This document shows, piece by piece, positions 34,431 through 48,395 of a DNA stretch of 64,000 nucleotides; the first letter of the stretch is position 1, and every line of letters begins with the position of its first letter. The notes under the pieces were generated by a model. It was not told the DNA's origin, did not search any database, and was given only the letters and a program-made list of their open reading frames with translations. This DNA is from the human T2T-CHM13v2.0 reference genome, Homo sapiens. The stretch is taken from the NCBI RefSeq assembly GCF_009914755.1, contig NC_060932.1; one strand, given 5' to 3'. A program made the translations under genes and the position numbers.

Positions 34431-36775
34431 GCCTAAGTCATTTTGTTTACTTGGTTGTTAAGTGCATCTTTCATGGTAGTTACTCCCTGTGATAAAAACC
34501 ATTAATTCATTTTGTGTCCATTCTTGTATGCCTAGCCACATGCCTCTACTCTAGACCTTCTTGTGTTTGGTCCTCTAATCTTTCTCTATTTTCATGATCA
34601 ACCAACTATGCCATTCTCCACTCTTCATGATTCACTATCTGTAGATCTCCTGTGAGTAAATTCTCTGTCTGACAAAGTGGATAACCTGTGCACTATCCAT
34701 GAGAAGGATTATCATTTCAACTCTGTCTCTCAAGGCTGCCTTGATTAAGCCTTTAATACTGTCACTGTCTGTTTTATGCCTGCATCCAAATGCCAATCTA
34801 ATTCATCTGTGAAAGACTCAAACTTTCCCTCCTCCATTAGCTGGTCATATATGACCTTAGGTGTGACCTAAAAGAGGGGTACCAGTACAACCGTGTTGGA
34901 TAACATGGGAGTCTGGGACTACCTTCTCATGCAGCCTGTTTTTACCCCCTCAGCCTAATCATGTTCAATCCTGATGTAACACTTCCGTTTAACAGTAAAT
35001 TGTTGCTGGGCCTGCTTGACCTAATGACTTAGGATGATACCCTCTACGTAGTTGATAAGTGATGTTTTGTGGCATGGACCCACGCTCCTCATGGATGGAT
35101 GGCAGTTTTGAGTGGAGCCCCTAGGAAAGTGTTCAACAGCAGGTTCATGTTGAGGTATAAAAAATCCTGCCACTTGTGCCATGCAAACCTGACTATATTA
35201 GAAAATTGTAGAAATGATCACAAGGTACATGTGTGGTCCCAGTGGACTGACGTAAAATCTACCTTAGAAGGATCACATTTATTACATGGCCCTTATGCTT
35301 CCACTATAACCAGAGGGTTGGAAGGGAACATGATGATGCTTTGGGTCTTCTGGTATCAATGTGTGTTTAACAGCCCTCAAAATGTTTGGTAGTTTTCCTT
35401 TCTCTGGTGTATAGTTACTGAGTAAATGGCCGTTAAGTCCCTCTGGAGGAAGAATTGGGTTGATCTTTATCAAATGTACTTGCTGTAGTTCCTTCTTTTT
35501 AGAAACCCAACCTCGTTTCAGTCAAGACATTCTGAAACAAAAAAAAATTGCCCAAGGTCTAGAAACTGGGCAGGAGATGATTACTCTTTTTTGAGACAAC
35601 TCCCCTTAGATTCCTAATTATCCAGCCTGATTTTCTTCGGATAGTATAAGTTGACTTCCAGCTAAGAAATTTGAAAAGAAAACCATGGACTGGGAGAAAA
35701 TATGTACAATATTTCTAATCAAAAAAGGAATTTTAAATATCCAGACTGTATAGAGAACTCCTGCAAGTCAATAAGAAAAAGATGAAAAAGAATAAAGATG
35801 CTTGAAAAAGCACTTCAATGAAATGATGTATATGTAGCCAATAAGCATATGAAAAGGTGCTAAAGCATAGAGAGACTGCTGCTTTTGCACATACTGGAGT
35901 AACTAGTATTAGACTGCCAAGCTGCCACAAACAACTTTAAAACTGGACAAAACATATAAAAAATGGCTTTTGGACATTAGATGACAGATAGAAAAGTGAG
36001 GTAATCCCTTAGAGAAGAGAAACTAACAAGGTTACCCTTACAATTGCCCTCACTTTCCTTTTCAAGGCAATTTCTGGACAGAGGCCCAGAAAGGAATCCC
36101 CAGTTGAGAACAAGAATCTCTTAGAGCTACGAAGACAGCATTTAAAGTTTTGGGCTGCTGCATAGACTAAGATTTACAAGGCAGGTTATAAGAGATAGAG
36201 AGTGGTTTTGAGGAGGTGGTGCAGAGGGGTCCCCTTGAGTCTGGCTGAATACTAAGCTGATCATGAACAGGTTACGTACAACACTGAGAAAAGGAAACAA
36301 CTACGGAAAGAACTACCACCAAAGAGCTGTAAGCCAAACAACAACTGGAACTCATACAGAGCTGTGAGATAAAAGAGTTACAGTTAGAGGTGGAAACCCT
36401 GATTGAATACCATCATTTTTAATAGAAAACCTAGAAAAATCCAGGCCTGGGGAGTGGAGCTTATCTAGTCTTGAATAAAGGCTATTCTAGACTCAATTAA
36501 CTTAAAGATGGGTCTCAAAAGTATCAATTTAATCTGTAAGCAAATTAATGCCTACAGAGAAAAGTAATATTCTGTTAAATAAAATTTTTAAAAATCCACT
36601 CAACAAATTAGAAACTATAATGTCTAACATACAATAAAAATTACTAAAAATGCAAAGAGGCAAGAAAATGTGGATAATAACATAAAAAAATCAGTCAGAC
36701 AGTTATATCCAGAATGGCTGAGATTATCAAATTAGCAAATGATGACTTTAAAACAGCTATTATAAATATGTTTAA

Positions 36776-37248
<473 letters not shown>

Positions 37249-37595
37249 TTAGACACTGAAGAAGAAAAGATCAGTGAATATGAAAACAGTACACAGAATC
37301 TATACAGATTGAAACACAGACAGGTGAAAAGTCTTATCAAATAAATTACAATGAGATAGCACTACAAACTTACCGAAATGACTAAAATTAAAAGATTTAC
37401 CAAGAAGAGTTGCTGAGGATATGGACAATAAAAACATTGCTGGTGTGAGTACAAAATGTTTCCACATGAGGAAAGCGTTTGGACATTTTTTAACTTTTTA
37501 ATAAAGTTAAACATATGCTTAACACATAACCCAATAATTCCAGTCCTACGTAAATCCCCAACAGAAACAAATGCACGTGTCCACACATGTGCATG

Positions 37596-37619
37596 CACAC
37601 ACACACACACACACACACA
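37596..37619. repeat. (CA)12 microsatellite
   Basis: read directly. Confidence 0.93.
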
Positions 37620-39181
37620 TGCACTTGTATAAGCATGTTCAGAGTATTTATTTGTAATAGCCTTCAGTTAGAAACAACCCAAGTGTCCAGCGAGCAAATG
37701 GATAGGCGATGTGTGGTATATCTTTTTAACGGTATAAATGGAAAAAAAAAAGAGCTACTGATACACAAGACAACATTAGTAAATTTCAGGGACATTATGC
37801 TTAGTGAAAGAAAACAGAGAAAAAGCACTATATATTCTTCAAAAAGCAGTGAAACTGATCTATGATAATAGAAGACAGAGTGCTTTCCTCTTAAGTGAGT
37901 CTTCACTGAAAGGCCTGAGGGAACTTTCTGGGGTTTTGAAAAATTTCTCAGTTTCTTTCTAGGTGATGGTGACAAGGATGTGTACATATGTAAAGCTTCA
38001 TCAAGCCACATTCAAAATTTTTGCATTTTACAAAGACATGAATTCTCCTAGAAGAATCTTAGAGGAAATAAAAAGACCCAGTCGTGAAAAAAGTAGAGAA
38101 AGGGTATACGAGCAATTATTATCTGCAGAGGTGCATTTTTCAAAAGAAGAGATAACTGTGAAGGATTTTTTGGAGGTGTTGCTTTGTATGTGCTACATAA
38201 CACCCTCCTTACAGTCTTTAAGAAAATATTAGTAAGGACTTTTGTGTGTGTGCATATAGGAGGGTAAGAGAGAGTAAGATTTACATTTTTTGGACGTGTA
38301 TTATGCTGAGAAGCTTTAATATGTTCTTATTAAGTTTCATATGTCAAGTCCTCAGCACCATTTCTGGTACATATATGATGTTCAAAAATTATTTTAAATT
38401 ATTGTTATTGTAATATTGTTTATTAACCCATTTCTAGGTAAGGGATGGTATCCTGTCCTATTTCCTTATCATCTTTTGCATAAATATTCATATAGCCAGT
38501 CAACATACAACTGAAACCTTATATTCAGACCCATAACTTACTTAATTTGAAGAAATGTTCAGACTTCAGTATGACAGACTATTCTAGTAATTGTGCTAAG
38601 CCACAAATCTTTACCATATTTTGGATGATGGTTCCTCTAGGCTATGTTTTTGTTGGGGATGGGATGTCTCTTTTCTTTAATTCAAAGAATTTGGGCAGTT
38701 TGTAAAAACAAATGTGATAATTTGGCTCCAAATAATCTATGCCAAGCATTTAGTTAGGCATCTGCCTATTTTTTCAACCATATTTCCAATTAAGACTATG
38801 AGACTATTTGTGCCAAATTGTCAGCTAACTCTGCCCTTTCCCTGCATAGAGATGAAAATTCTTAATAAGAGTGCGGGTATTTCCATAGAAAGATAATTCT
38901 CTCTTTTCTGGAGACATATGTCTTTGGAGGCATATCCTGACTTTCCAATCTTACATAATATTCTAGTCACATTCTACACACCACCCAGTTTTATTTTCAC
39001 TCTAGCACTTTTTACTAAAATTATCTTCCTTATTTACTTGGGATTTTCTGGCTTATTTATTTGTTTTTTTGTTCAATGGCTGTCTCTCATATCTTCCTTG
39101 ATTAGGGCTCCCCTCATCTTTCAACTACAGTTACATTTATAGTCCCTACAACCTTAATTCACTGTTTTCTTCTTTTTATAT

Positions 39182-39823
39182 TGAAGTGGTATCATTGTCT
39201 GGGGTAAATACCCGAGGTTCATGATCTCACACCAGAGAAATCAAGGACGCAAACACACAGGAAGTGAGTTTAACAGTGGAGGTTTAATAGGCAAAAGAAA
39301 GAGAAGAGAGTAGCTCTCTCTCTCTTGCAGATAGAAAGGGGCTCCCAAAGAGGCCTTCTGGTTTCATGGTGAAATACACGGGTTTTTATAGAGCAGCTTG
39401 AGGAGGCAGTGTCTGATTTACATAGGGCCCGAAAGATTGCTCAGACCAGGTATGATGTTTGCATAGCCCACAAAGAAGCTGGCCATCCCACTATAATCTT
39501 TTATTATGCAGATGGTTCTCTACCTGGCCGCCACCATGTTGTCTGTTCCTTACTATACTTGTGGTTGACAAAGAAAGGGGAGGATGGAGGCACCATGCTG
39601 AATGTGTCTGGCCGACAGGTAGTCTTTTCCTATTGGCACAGCTGCCAGCATTTACCTATGCAAGCTTTTAGATAGCTTATCTATGTCTGCAGATCGATTT
39701 TACAGGCTGCTCTTTGTTAGAAAAAGAAACTATTTGGGGGCTGCTTTTTATTAAAGGAGAAGCCTTACCGAGGGCTCTTTTTCCTTCACTGTCTAAATAA
39801 TTTCTTTTTAGCTCCTATATCCA
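39182..39823 (-). mobile_element. LTR9/LTR9B-like ERV1 solo LTR
   Basis: minus strand begins ATATAGGAGCTAAAAAGAAATTATTTAG and ends GGGTATTTACCCCAGACAATGATACCACTTCA. Confidence 0.78.
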
Positions 39824-41519
39824 TATTATTTGTAGTTTCTCTATGTGTGTTATTTACTGTCATCCTCCCATCTGGACTCTAAGTTCCTTGATACTCTTGT
39901 ATGCTCCAAAAGACCTATCTAGCACAGTGCTGAATATATAGTACAAAGATTTCACAAGCTCAGATTTCTAAAAGGATTCCTATGATTCCTCAAAGCATAT
40001 TTACATAAGGCTTTTATTTAAAGGCAAATGCTACATCCAGTAAGAGAAAAGAACATCAGTCAGCACTGGGAATCCAAAAAACATCAAGATGTTAGTTTAT
40101 TAGGGTTCTTTTTCATGCAGTAATGTGCTTCATCTGTGGATTGAACTGCCAAGTTTTGTATGATGAATCTTAATTCAGGTGAAGTCAAGTTCCCAGCAGG
40201 GTCTTTTATGTTCCCCTGGTCACAAAGCGAATCCCAACTGTCTAACTGGTTGAAACAGCTAAAAATGAACAGTAAATAAACCAGTCTTAGCTGTCCTCAG
40301 GGGAGTTTTGGACTTTAAATAGCACATTATAAGTCTCATTTCCCTTTTCTTGGTCAAGAGTCAAAGTCAGACATCCAGGTATCCTCAGAATCAGGGCAGT
40401 CTCAGTTCTCCATACACAGGTTCTCGGCAAATGCTTCTTGGTTTATTAACAAGTTCACATACCGAAAAATATAATTTGGTCATATGTCTAATCTGTTTCC
40501 ACCTATATAAAGCTATAAAAAGATATTTTGTGTTTTTTTTTCCATAAACTCTTAAAATACTGTTTCCTCAGGTAGGGAAAAGATAATTGATTTCTCATCC
40601 CAAATCTTGAATTATTTCTCTCTTGTCTCTCTTCTTAGAAAAGAATGAATTTTTAATATTGTTACATATATTCCAGTTCACAAGACATGATTGTCTGTGT
40701 GTCTGTGAATGCTTCATTTTAATTCAATAGATTCTTTTTAAAGTCTTAGATTATTAAAGACATAATAAGAAATGGCCAGCATGCCAGCGGCAAAGTGCCT
40801 TCACTTAGAAGCATGAAATTAATTAAAATTGTCTTTTGTTTGAAGATGGTACTACTACTAAGAACATGCCACAGAATATATATTTAACAGTGACTGTAAA
40901 TCCAGACACCTCATTGCTATAAATATATCAACCTGGCAAATGCATGGCTATTTGAGAGTTTGGTGGCCAAGCTGATCTAGCGTGATACCTTGGTGTGGAG
41001 CAGTATTTTCTGAAACTGGGGAAGTAATTTTAGCTAGTTGGGTCCAGGAAAAGCATGCCCTAGAATCACATGTAGGTCAATAGACTAGAATATCTGTGAG
41101 GATGGAAGCCTCTGTCTCCTTTATGGTTGTACCTTTGGTGCTTAACATAGTGATGGCACATAGTAGATAGTCAATGTAGAGAGTCAATGTATACTTGTTG
41201 AATGAGTGAAGGATAAACAACAACAACAAAAATGAATAAAGACTCACTTACAATTGTGAACTACATCCTCACTCAAGTTGAGGCCAGAGGTTCTAATTTT
41301 TATTTTCTTCGAGAGAACTTTACAAGTTTCAGATGTCTTTTTATGGGGCATTAGAACTGGCTTCAGAGGCACACAGCCAATTCCACCCCACAGATGGAGC
41401 TATAATGGCATGACCATTCCCCATTCTTTAGTGGAGCCAGTTTCCAACTTACTCAGGTTTTGGTAAAGGCATGACAAATGTGGAGATTGGAGAGATAATG
41501 ATTTTGGCAAAGGATAAAG

Positions 41520-42100
41520 ATAATATCCACTTAAAATGCAAATCAGAACACCCCTCTCCCTGTTCTGACCATCCAATGGCTTCCTTTCTATGTATTATAA
41601 AGTCCAGAGTTCTTACCCTGATCTACAAGGCCCCATTCTGACCTTATCTCCCAGAGCTCTTCCCTGTGCTCCTGTGCTCAGCTTCATTGGCCTTCTTCCT
41701 GCTTTTCAAACACACTGAGCCCACTTATATTCAGAGCCTCTGACATGGGTGTCCTCTGTCTGTATCACTTCCTCCAGGGCTCCCTGGCACTAGTTCCCTA
41801 GCTTCCTACAAACTCCTGCCCAAATGATACCCCCTCAGCATGACTTTCTCTGAATGGGCACAGTATTTGTGATTCCTGGGCTTTTTGTTATGGATTTATT
41901 TACTTACTAAATGTGTGAATTTCCCTCCGGAACTTCTCAATGGCAGAAAGTTTGTTTTTTGATGATGTTGTTTTCCCTTTTGTTTGTTTCCTTTATGCTG
42001 TTTCTCTAGTTCTTAGAGCGATGGCTAGAAGATACCAGACACTCAGTAAACACTTGTTGAATAAATACATGAAAACTGGAAGAAATGGATGAATGAATGG
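41520..42100 (+). mobile_element. L2 3' fragment
   Basis: TCCAATGGCTTCC...CTACAAGGCCC; ends CTCAGTAAACACTTGTTGAATAAAT...GAATGAATG. Confidence 0.7.
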
Positions 42101-42834
42101 CATGATTTGATGGGTTGGTTCTAAAACAAATTAGAGAAATCAGAGAAAATTCCCCTTATTTCACATAAACACTAATATACTGAACTATGAAATCAAACAT
42201 AAGAATAATGGGGGAAAATTAAACATTTTTCTTTAATTTCTCTTTCTGCAGATACATCTGACCTTCATTTGTGCTTGAGTGTTGTACCTCTGGGGTAAAA
42301 ATTGGTGCACAGTTCTTGGTATAGTTCAGGCACCTGAGGCTAATTAACATTTCATCTAATAATGCTGATACAAAGTTGTAGATTTAGTAAAACAGTTTAA
42401 GGTGAGACCTACATGCCTTTTCTTGAGTGATAGTATTGAAAAATTAACAAGAAGCCAAATAACTAATTTTCTTAAAAAATAAAAGAAAATGAAAATATAC
42501 CTTTAGTTGATTTGCTGTTGCTGAATATTTTTTCTTGCAGAAATCACTTAAATTTTACTGAGGAATAGAAGGACATTTGTATGGGGCATTTATCAGAATC
42601 ACTAAAAAGCAAGAGTAAACAAATTCAGCATTTTTTATAATAAAGGCAAATTACCAAACTATCTCACATTTATAAATTCCTTTTAGATATAACAAATACT
42701 TCATCTAGTTAAATCTAAACAACAATTTGATACCTTAATTATTCCCATTTAATAGAAGATAATTGTTTCTGAAGCACATATAAAGAATGAAGAGTGAATT
42801 TCAACAAATATGTCCTGCTCCTGCTACCCTTAAG

Positions 42835-43050
42835 AAAACAGATAACACCTATTGAATCATGGTCTGTGCTGGGCATTATTCTAAATTATTTCATGAACTA
42901 ATCAGTTTAATCTTTACAACCCTACAAAAACTATTATCCCCATTTTAAAGTTAACTGAGGTATGAGAAAATAATTTTCCCCAAATTACAAAGCCAGAAGG
43001 TTGTAGACATGAGATTTGAATCCAGGTGGTCTTAACCAATGTTCCATACT
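42835..43050 (-). mobile_element. MIR
   Basis: TTTAATCTTTACAACCCTAC...TATTATCCCCATTTTA...AACTGAGG...GATTTGAATCCAGG core. Confidence 0.75.
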
Positions 43051-44254
43051 GCCATGACCACAACACTCTATGCCTCTCAATGTGCTACAAGTACTCACTG
43101 TACAAGGCTTTATTTATGCAAATCAGAGATGAGCAAATTAAGACACAAGGGAAGGTGTGTTATTTCCCTGGAACAAATTAAGAAACAGATAGGGAAAAGA
43201 TAAATATCTGTATATATAGCAGAAAAAGCATGACAGAAAACAATGCAGAAGGGCTAGAAACTGATGAATACTGCAGTGGTTTTCAAGTTAGTTCAGTTCA
43301 TATACATACATATTGAATATGTTATATTTTTAAACATATAATATTTTAAAATATATCATTTCTGAGAAGGAAAAATAAATATAAATAATGTAAGTATACA
43401 AATATTATCTCCAAATTAGTATTAAACTAAAATTTAATTTATGGCAGACTACTCAAATGATTTTTTTGTTTGGTATTTAGGGTGCATATAGGATTTTAGA
43501 TGAAATGATGTTAAATTTTACACTGAAAAAAATTGCCAAAATCGTCAAAAAAGGAATGAAGTAGGGTTGAAGTCCTGCCTCACAAATATCAGAAAACAGT
43601 AGAAAACACTCAATATCATATTGGCACAGTAATAGACACTAGATTAATAGGTCAGAAAAGAGGATCTAGAAATAAATCCTAGTCTCTATGATGACTTAGT
43701 AGATCTATGTGACTAAGTCGGTAGTTCAACTGGGGTGGGGAGAAAATTAACAAATGATGTCATCTATCATCATTAACCATGTGAAAGAAAACACAATTCT
43801 ACTTCAAATATGAAAATAAATTACCTATGAGTTTAAAACTTATCTAAAATAATAAGAAAAATAGAATTCCTGCAAGAAAATAGAATGGACTTTATATCAG
43901 ATCAAATGCTAATGGAGACTTTCTAAATCAATTCTGGAAACCCAGAAGCTAGAAAATATAAGATATAGATATGTGCTTATGAAAAATTAAAAAAAAGTAT
44001 TTCATAGCAGAAGATACTATAAATAGAAATAAGAAAAAAATATATATATATAGAAAAAAATGCTGCAATACAGAGAAGAGATGGCAGCATGACAATACAT
44101 GTGTGTACCACACTATTTTTCTCTTCCTAAGCACATAGAAAGGCTACATTCTCAACTTTCCATGTAATTTGGTTTGGGCCATGAAACTGAATTCTGGCCA
44201 TTGGGATGTAGACAGATATGATATAAAACACTTGCTGGTCTTAAAAATACTCTG

Positions 44255-44480
44255 CTCTATTCTTTTATTGCTACTTTTTGATATATAACAAACTACCTTA
44301 AAATTTAGAGGCATGAAACAACACTTATTATCTCACAGTTTCCGTGGGTTAAGAATCTGGATGAGGCTTCACTGGGTCCTCCGGTCTGGCTTGGGGGGTC
44401 TCTCACTGGCTGCGGTCAGGGTTTTAGCTGGGGCTTTTACCTCCTCTGAAGGCTCCACTGGGGAAGAATTCACTTCTAAG
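44255..44480 (-). mobile_element. MLT1 (E/F-like) LTR 3' part
   Basis: ATAACAAACTACCTTAAATTTAG...TTATTATCTCACAGTTTCCGTGGGTTAAGAATCTGG. Confidence 0.7.
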
Positions 44481-44650
44481 TTTTTCCTTAGAGCCTCCAG
44501 AAGGGGCATAGTCCTGCTGACACCTTCATTTCAGCCTAGTGATACTTACTTGGTCTTGTGGACTCCAGAAGTGTGAGAGTATAAATTTCTGCTGTTTTAG
44601 GTCACCAAGTATGTAGTAATTTGTTACAACAGTCACAGAAAACTAATACA
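44481..44650 (+). mobile_element. MLT1D-like LTR 3' part
   Basis: TAGAGCCTCCAGAAGG...CCTGCTGACACCTT...GTAATTTGTTACAACAGTCACAGAAAACTAATACA. Confidence 0.78.
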
Positions 44651-44900
44651 CAGGTAAAAGAAGACTCAAAGAGAATGAGAACAGTGATAGACCTTAAGTC
44701 CCAGAGAGCACAGAAGTGAGGAGACAGAACTTCAGAGGATATATGAAGTCATATGAAGCAAAGTCAGGAAGGATAAGCCTGGTGTCCTTGAGCTACTGGT
44801 GGTTACCAATTAAATAGGGATAAAGAGGTTGATGGGATTAGCTTTGATGACCTAAGAGGCAGGCTTTGAAGGTGAGTGTTGAAGGGAGGAAGTGGGTGTA

Positions 44901-45682
44901 TGGCAATGACCTGAACATGTGTGTCTCCCCAAAACTCATATGCTAAAATCCTAATGCCCAAGATAATGTATTAAGAGATTAGACCTTTGGGAGATGATAT
45001 GGTTTGGATCTGTGTCCCCACCCAAATCTCATGCTCAATTATAATCCCTAATGTTGGAGGTGGGGTCTGGTGGGAGGCAATTGATTGGACCACGGAAGTT
45101 GTTTCTCGTGGTTTAACATCATCCTCTTTGGTGCTGTCATCGTGATAGTGAGTTCTCATGAAGTCTAGTTGTTTAAAAGTATGTAGCACTTCTCCACCTC
45201 TCTCTTCCTCCTGTCCTGGCCATGTGAAGTGCCTCACTCCCCTTTTGCCTTCTGCCATGATTGGAAACTTCCAGAGGGCTCCCCAGAAGCAGAAGCTGCT
45301 ATGCTTCCTGTACAGCCTGCAGATCATAAGCCAATTAAAACTCCCTTCTTTATAAATTACCCAGTCTCAGGTATTTCTTTATAGCAATGCGAGAATGGTC
45401 TAATACAGGGGATAATTGGGTCATGGGGGCTGAGAGCTCATGAATGGAATTAATTCCCTCATAAAAGATTCTCCACGGCGTTCCCTCACCCTTTCTGCCA
45501 TGTGAGGACATGGCTAGAAGACCACTGTCTATGAACCAGAAAGTAGCCCTCACCAATCACCAAATCTTCCAGCACTTGATCTTGGACCTCCAGCTTCCAG
45601 AACTGTGAGAAGTAAATTCCAATTGTTTATAAGCCACTCAGTATACAATATTTTAATATAGCAGCTCAAGCTGACTAAGACA
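44901..45682 (+). mobile_element. MLT1A0 LTR interrupted by MSTA
   Basis: CCCCAAAACTCATATGCTAAAATCCTAA...; resumes TAATTGGGTCATGGGGG at 45413; ends GACTAAGACA. Confidence 0.82.
44995..45407 (+). mobile_element. MSTA MaLR solo LTR
   Basis: TGATATGGTTTGGATCTGTGTCCCCACCCAAATCTC...CTAATACA; TSD GGAGA/GGGGA. Confidence 0.9.
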
Positions 45683-46849
45683 TATATTATGCCAGGATGT
45701 GGAGTTTTGGAGTCCCCCTTTCATTTCTACAAACTGAGGTGTGGAGAGCACAGAAGGAAGAAGTTAACTGATGGTACAAGATATATATTTACATACAAAT
45801 GTGTATGTATATTTATAGTTGTGAATATATGTGCATATATTTGACTATGTATGCATAATTTGTTTATATTTTATGTGTACATTTATTTTTAGGTTCATAT
45901 AAATACACCGACATATATGTATATATTTGAATATTATTTTTAAAGCACAAAGTGGAAGGATAAGAGTTTGGCTAGGATAGCAGAAATAATAGGGATGAAG
46001 AAGTAAAGAGAGATGCTGGTCCTGAGGAAAAAATAATAAAACAGGAAAAAAATGATAATATATGCAACATATAGGCATTTCTGTAATGCTACAAAGGTCT
46101 GTATATGTCTAAGAAATTTTAAAAATAAATTTACAAAATATCATTTGTATAGCATTGGAAGTGCCGAAGGACCTTGTTAGAAGTTAAATCCAGACGTCAC
46201 ATGGTGCTAACACTTATGTAGTAGTTTCCCCTGCATTTGCTCTTTCTTATTTTTATTTTACTGGGTTTATGGTTGTAAGTCATTCAGCATTGCAGACAAT
46301 TCAACTTACTACAGCTCCAGCTCTCACTGTGAATCACCTCTTGAATCTTCCTTTGTGTCTTTGAAAGAGGGAGACTGCCAGTGCTCAGTGCGCTTTAAGC
46401 CCTTGCCTGAGTTGACCTTAAGGAAGGTCTATTTCAAGAACCTGTTATTTTGATACAATTAAAATGTGAATAAAAATGTCTTTAAACATTTTTTTCAGTA
46501 AATGGGTGTCGCCTGACCATCCAAATTTTTCTCTTATTATCATTTGCCACCATATGATTTTTAAATCCAGCATCTTTACATGAATGAGTACTAACCAAGC
46601 TGTTCTACTCTTAAACTGGGATGCTAAAGGCATTTTTTTATTTTTATTTTTAGCATCTCCCAGCCCCAAAATCTCACTCATGTCACAATTTAATACAAGT
46701 CCTGGAACTGTGCATTCTTCCCCTGGATAGTCTTCATTCAGAGAACTGACCAAGGGAAAGAAAAAGCATGGAGGTTTGCTAGAAGTTTCTGTGGGGTTAT
46801 TATACATCACTTCCATGCATATTGTTTTGAATAATCCATTATTTGTATA

Positions 46850-47060
46850 CTAGTCATGGATTCTGAAACCTGACTACCTGGACTCAAATCCTGGCTTTAC
46901 CACTAACTGGCTGTGTGTTCTTGAGAAAGTGACTTAACCTTTCTGTGCTTCTTTAAAATGTGGATAATAATCAATAGCAATGACCTCATAGGGTTGTTGT
47001 GAAAAGTAAATGAATTATCCATGCACTGCACTCGGTTCCTGGCACATAGTAGATAGTAGG
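46850..47060 (+). mobile_element. MIR
   Basis: TCAAATCCTGGCTTTACCACTAACTGGCTGTGTG...ACCTCATAGGGTTGTTGTGA...CCTGGCACATAGTA. Confidence 0.85.
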
Positions 47061-47440
47061 TGATATAGTTTGGCTGTGTGCCCACTCAAATCTAATCTTA
47101 AATTGTAGTGCCCATAACCCCCACGTGTCATGAGAGGAACCCAGTGGGAGGTAACTGAATCATGGGGGCAGTTACCCCCATGCTGCTGTTCTTATGACAG
47201 TGAGTGAGTTCCCATGAAATCTAATGGTTTTATAAGGGGCTTTTCCCTTTTTTTGCTAGGCACTTATCCTTCCTGCCGCCATGTGAAGAGGATGTGTTTG
47301 CTTCCCCTTCCGCCATGATTGTTAAGTTTCCTAAGGACTCCCCAGCCATGCTGAACTGTGAGTCAATTATATCTCTTTTCTTTATGAACTACCCAGTCTC
47401 AGATATGTCTTTATTAGCAACGTGAGAACAGACTAATACA
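47061..47440 (+). mobile_element. THE1B-like MaLR solo LTR
   Basis: TGATATAGTTTGGCTGTGT...GAGAACAGACTAATACA; TSD GTAGG/CTAGG. Confidence 0.9.
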
Positions 47441-48395
47441 CTAGGCAACTGTGAACTGTTTATTATTACTGGGAGTGTTGGGGGGTATTTAAGTGAACAA
47501 TTTCCACCAAAAGTGGAGCATGGAGAAGGAGGAAAGGGTGAGATGAAAAACTAAAAAGAATAAGGGAAAGAAAAGCCTATGACTTTGGTTAGAATGTGAG
47601 AGTGCTTTGGAAGCAATGAAGCACCCTAGAAAAACCACATTCAAGGTTAAGAGTAGGGGCCTGGGGACTTGAATGCTATGAATATGCAGAGTCAGTACAG
47701 TAAATACTGCAGTCAGGGAACTTAGGTATTGAGTATGTGTGGACAAAGTTGTAGGGTTCAGGAAAAATAAATCTATAAAATTACTTTCATTAAGACTAAA
47801 AATGTATCTCAGGGAAAGTTAGAAAACAAAAACTACAATACATACTTAAATTCTGCATAGTAAATATAAAGTCAAATAGGAAAGCAGTTATCTCTTTATA
47901 CATATTTTTCAATGACTTACTGGGATAACAAAACTTCCACACAAATAGCTAAATACATATTTCCTTCCTTATTCATGCACCCAATAGCTTGACAATAAGA
48001 AAACTTGGCTTTTAACCTCAGGTTGCTCAAGGACAACTTTCTCATTCTGAAAAGAGGTTTTAGTCTCAATTCATAAAAGCCTCTGCCTGTTTTTAAAATT
48101 TTATTTCAGAGAACACAAATGCATTTCTAACGGGCAGTAGGCTACTAATGAGACATATTGGCTCACAATCTTCTTATCAATCTTTTAAATTATTAATCAA
48201 ATGAATTTGTCGAAGCACATTGAACACCTCACACAAGAAAATACTTTGTTATAACGGAACTGTTTTATTCAGATTTTTCTATTTCTGGGTTTTTCTAATA
48301 TAAAGTACAGCCTGATCTGAGGAAATACAGTGGATTTTATATAGACTTCTAAAATAAACCTCTCAGCTTTATGTTTTTGTCTTTTGAAACACTTT

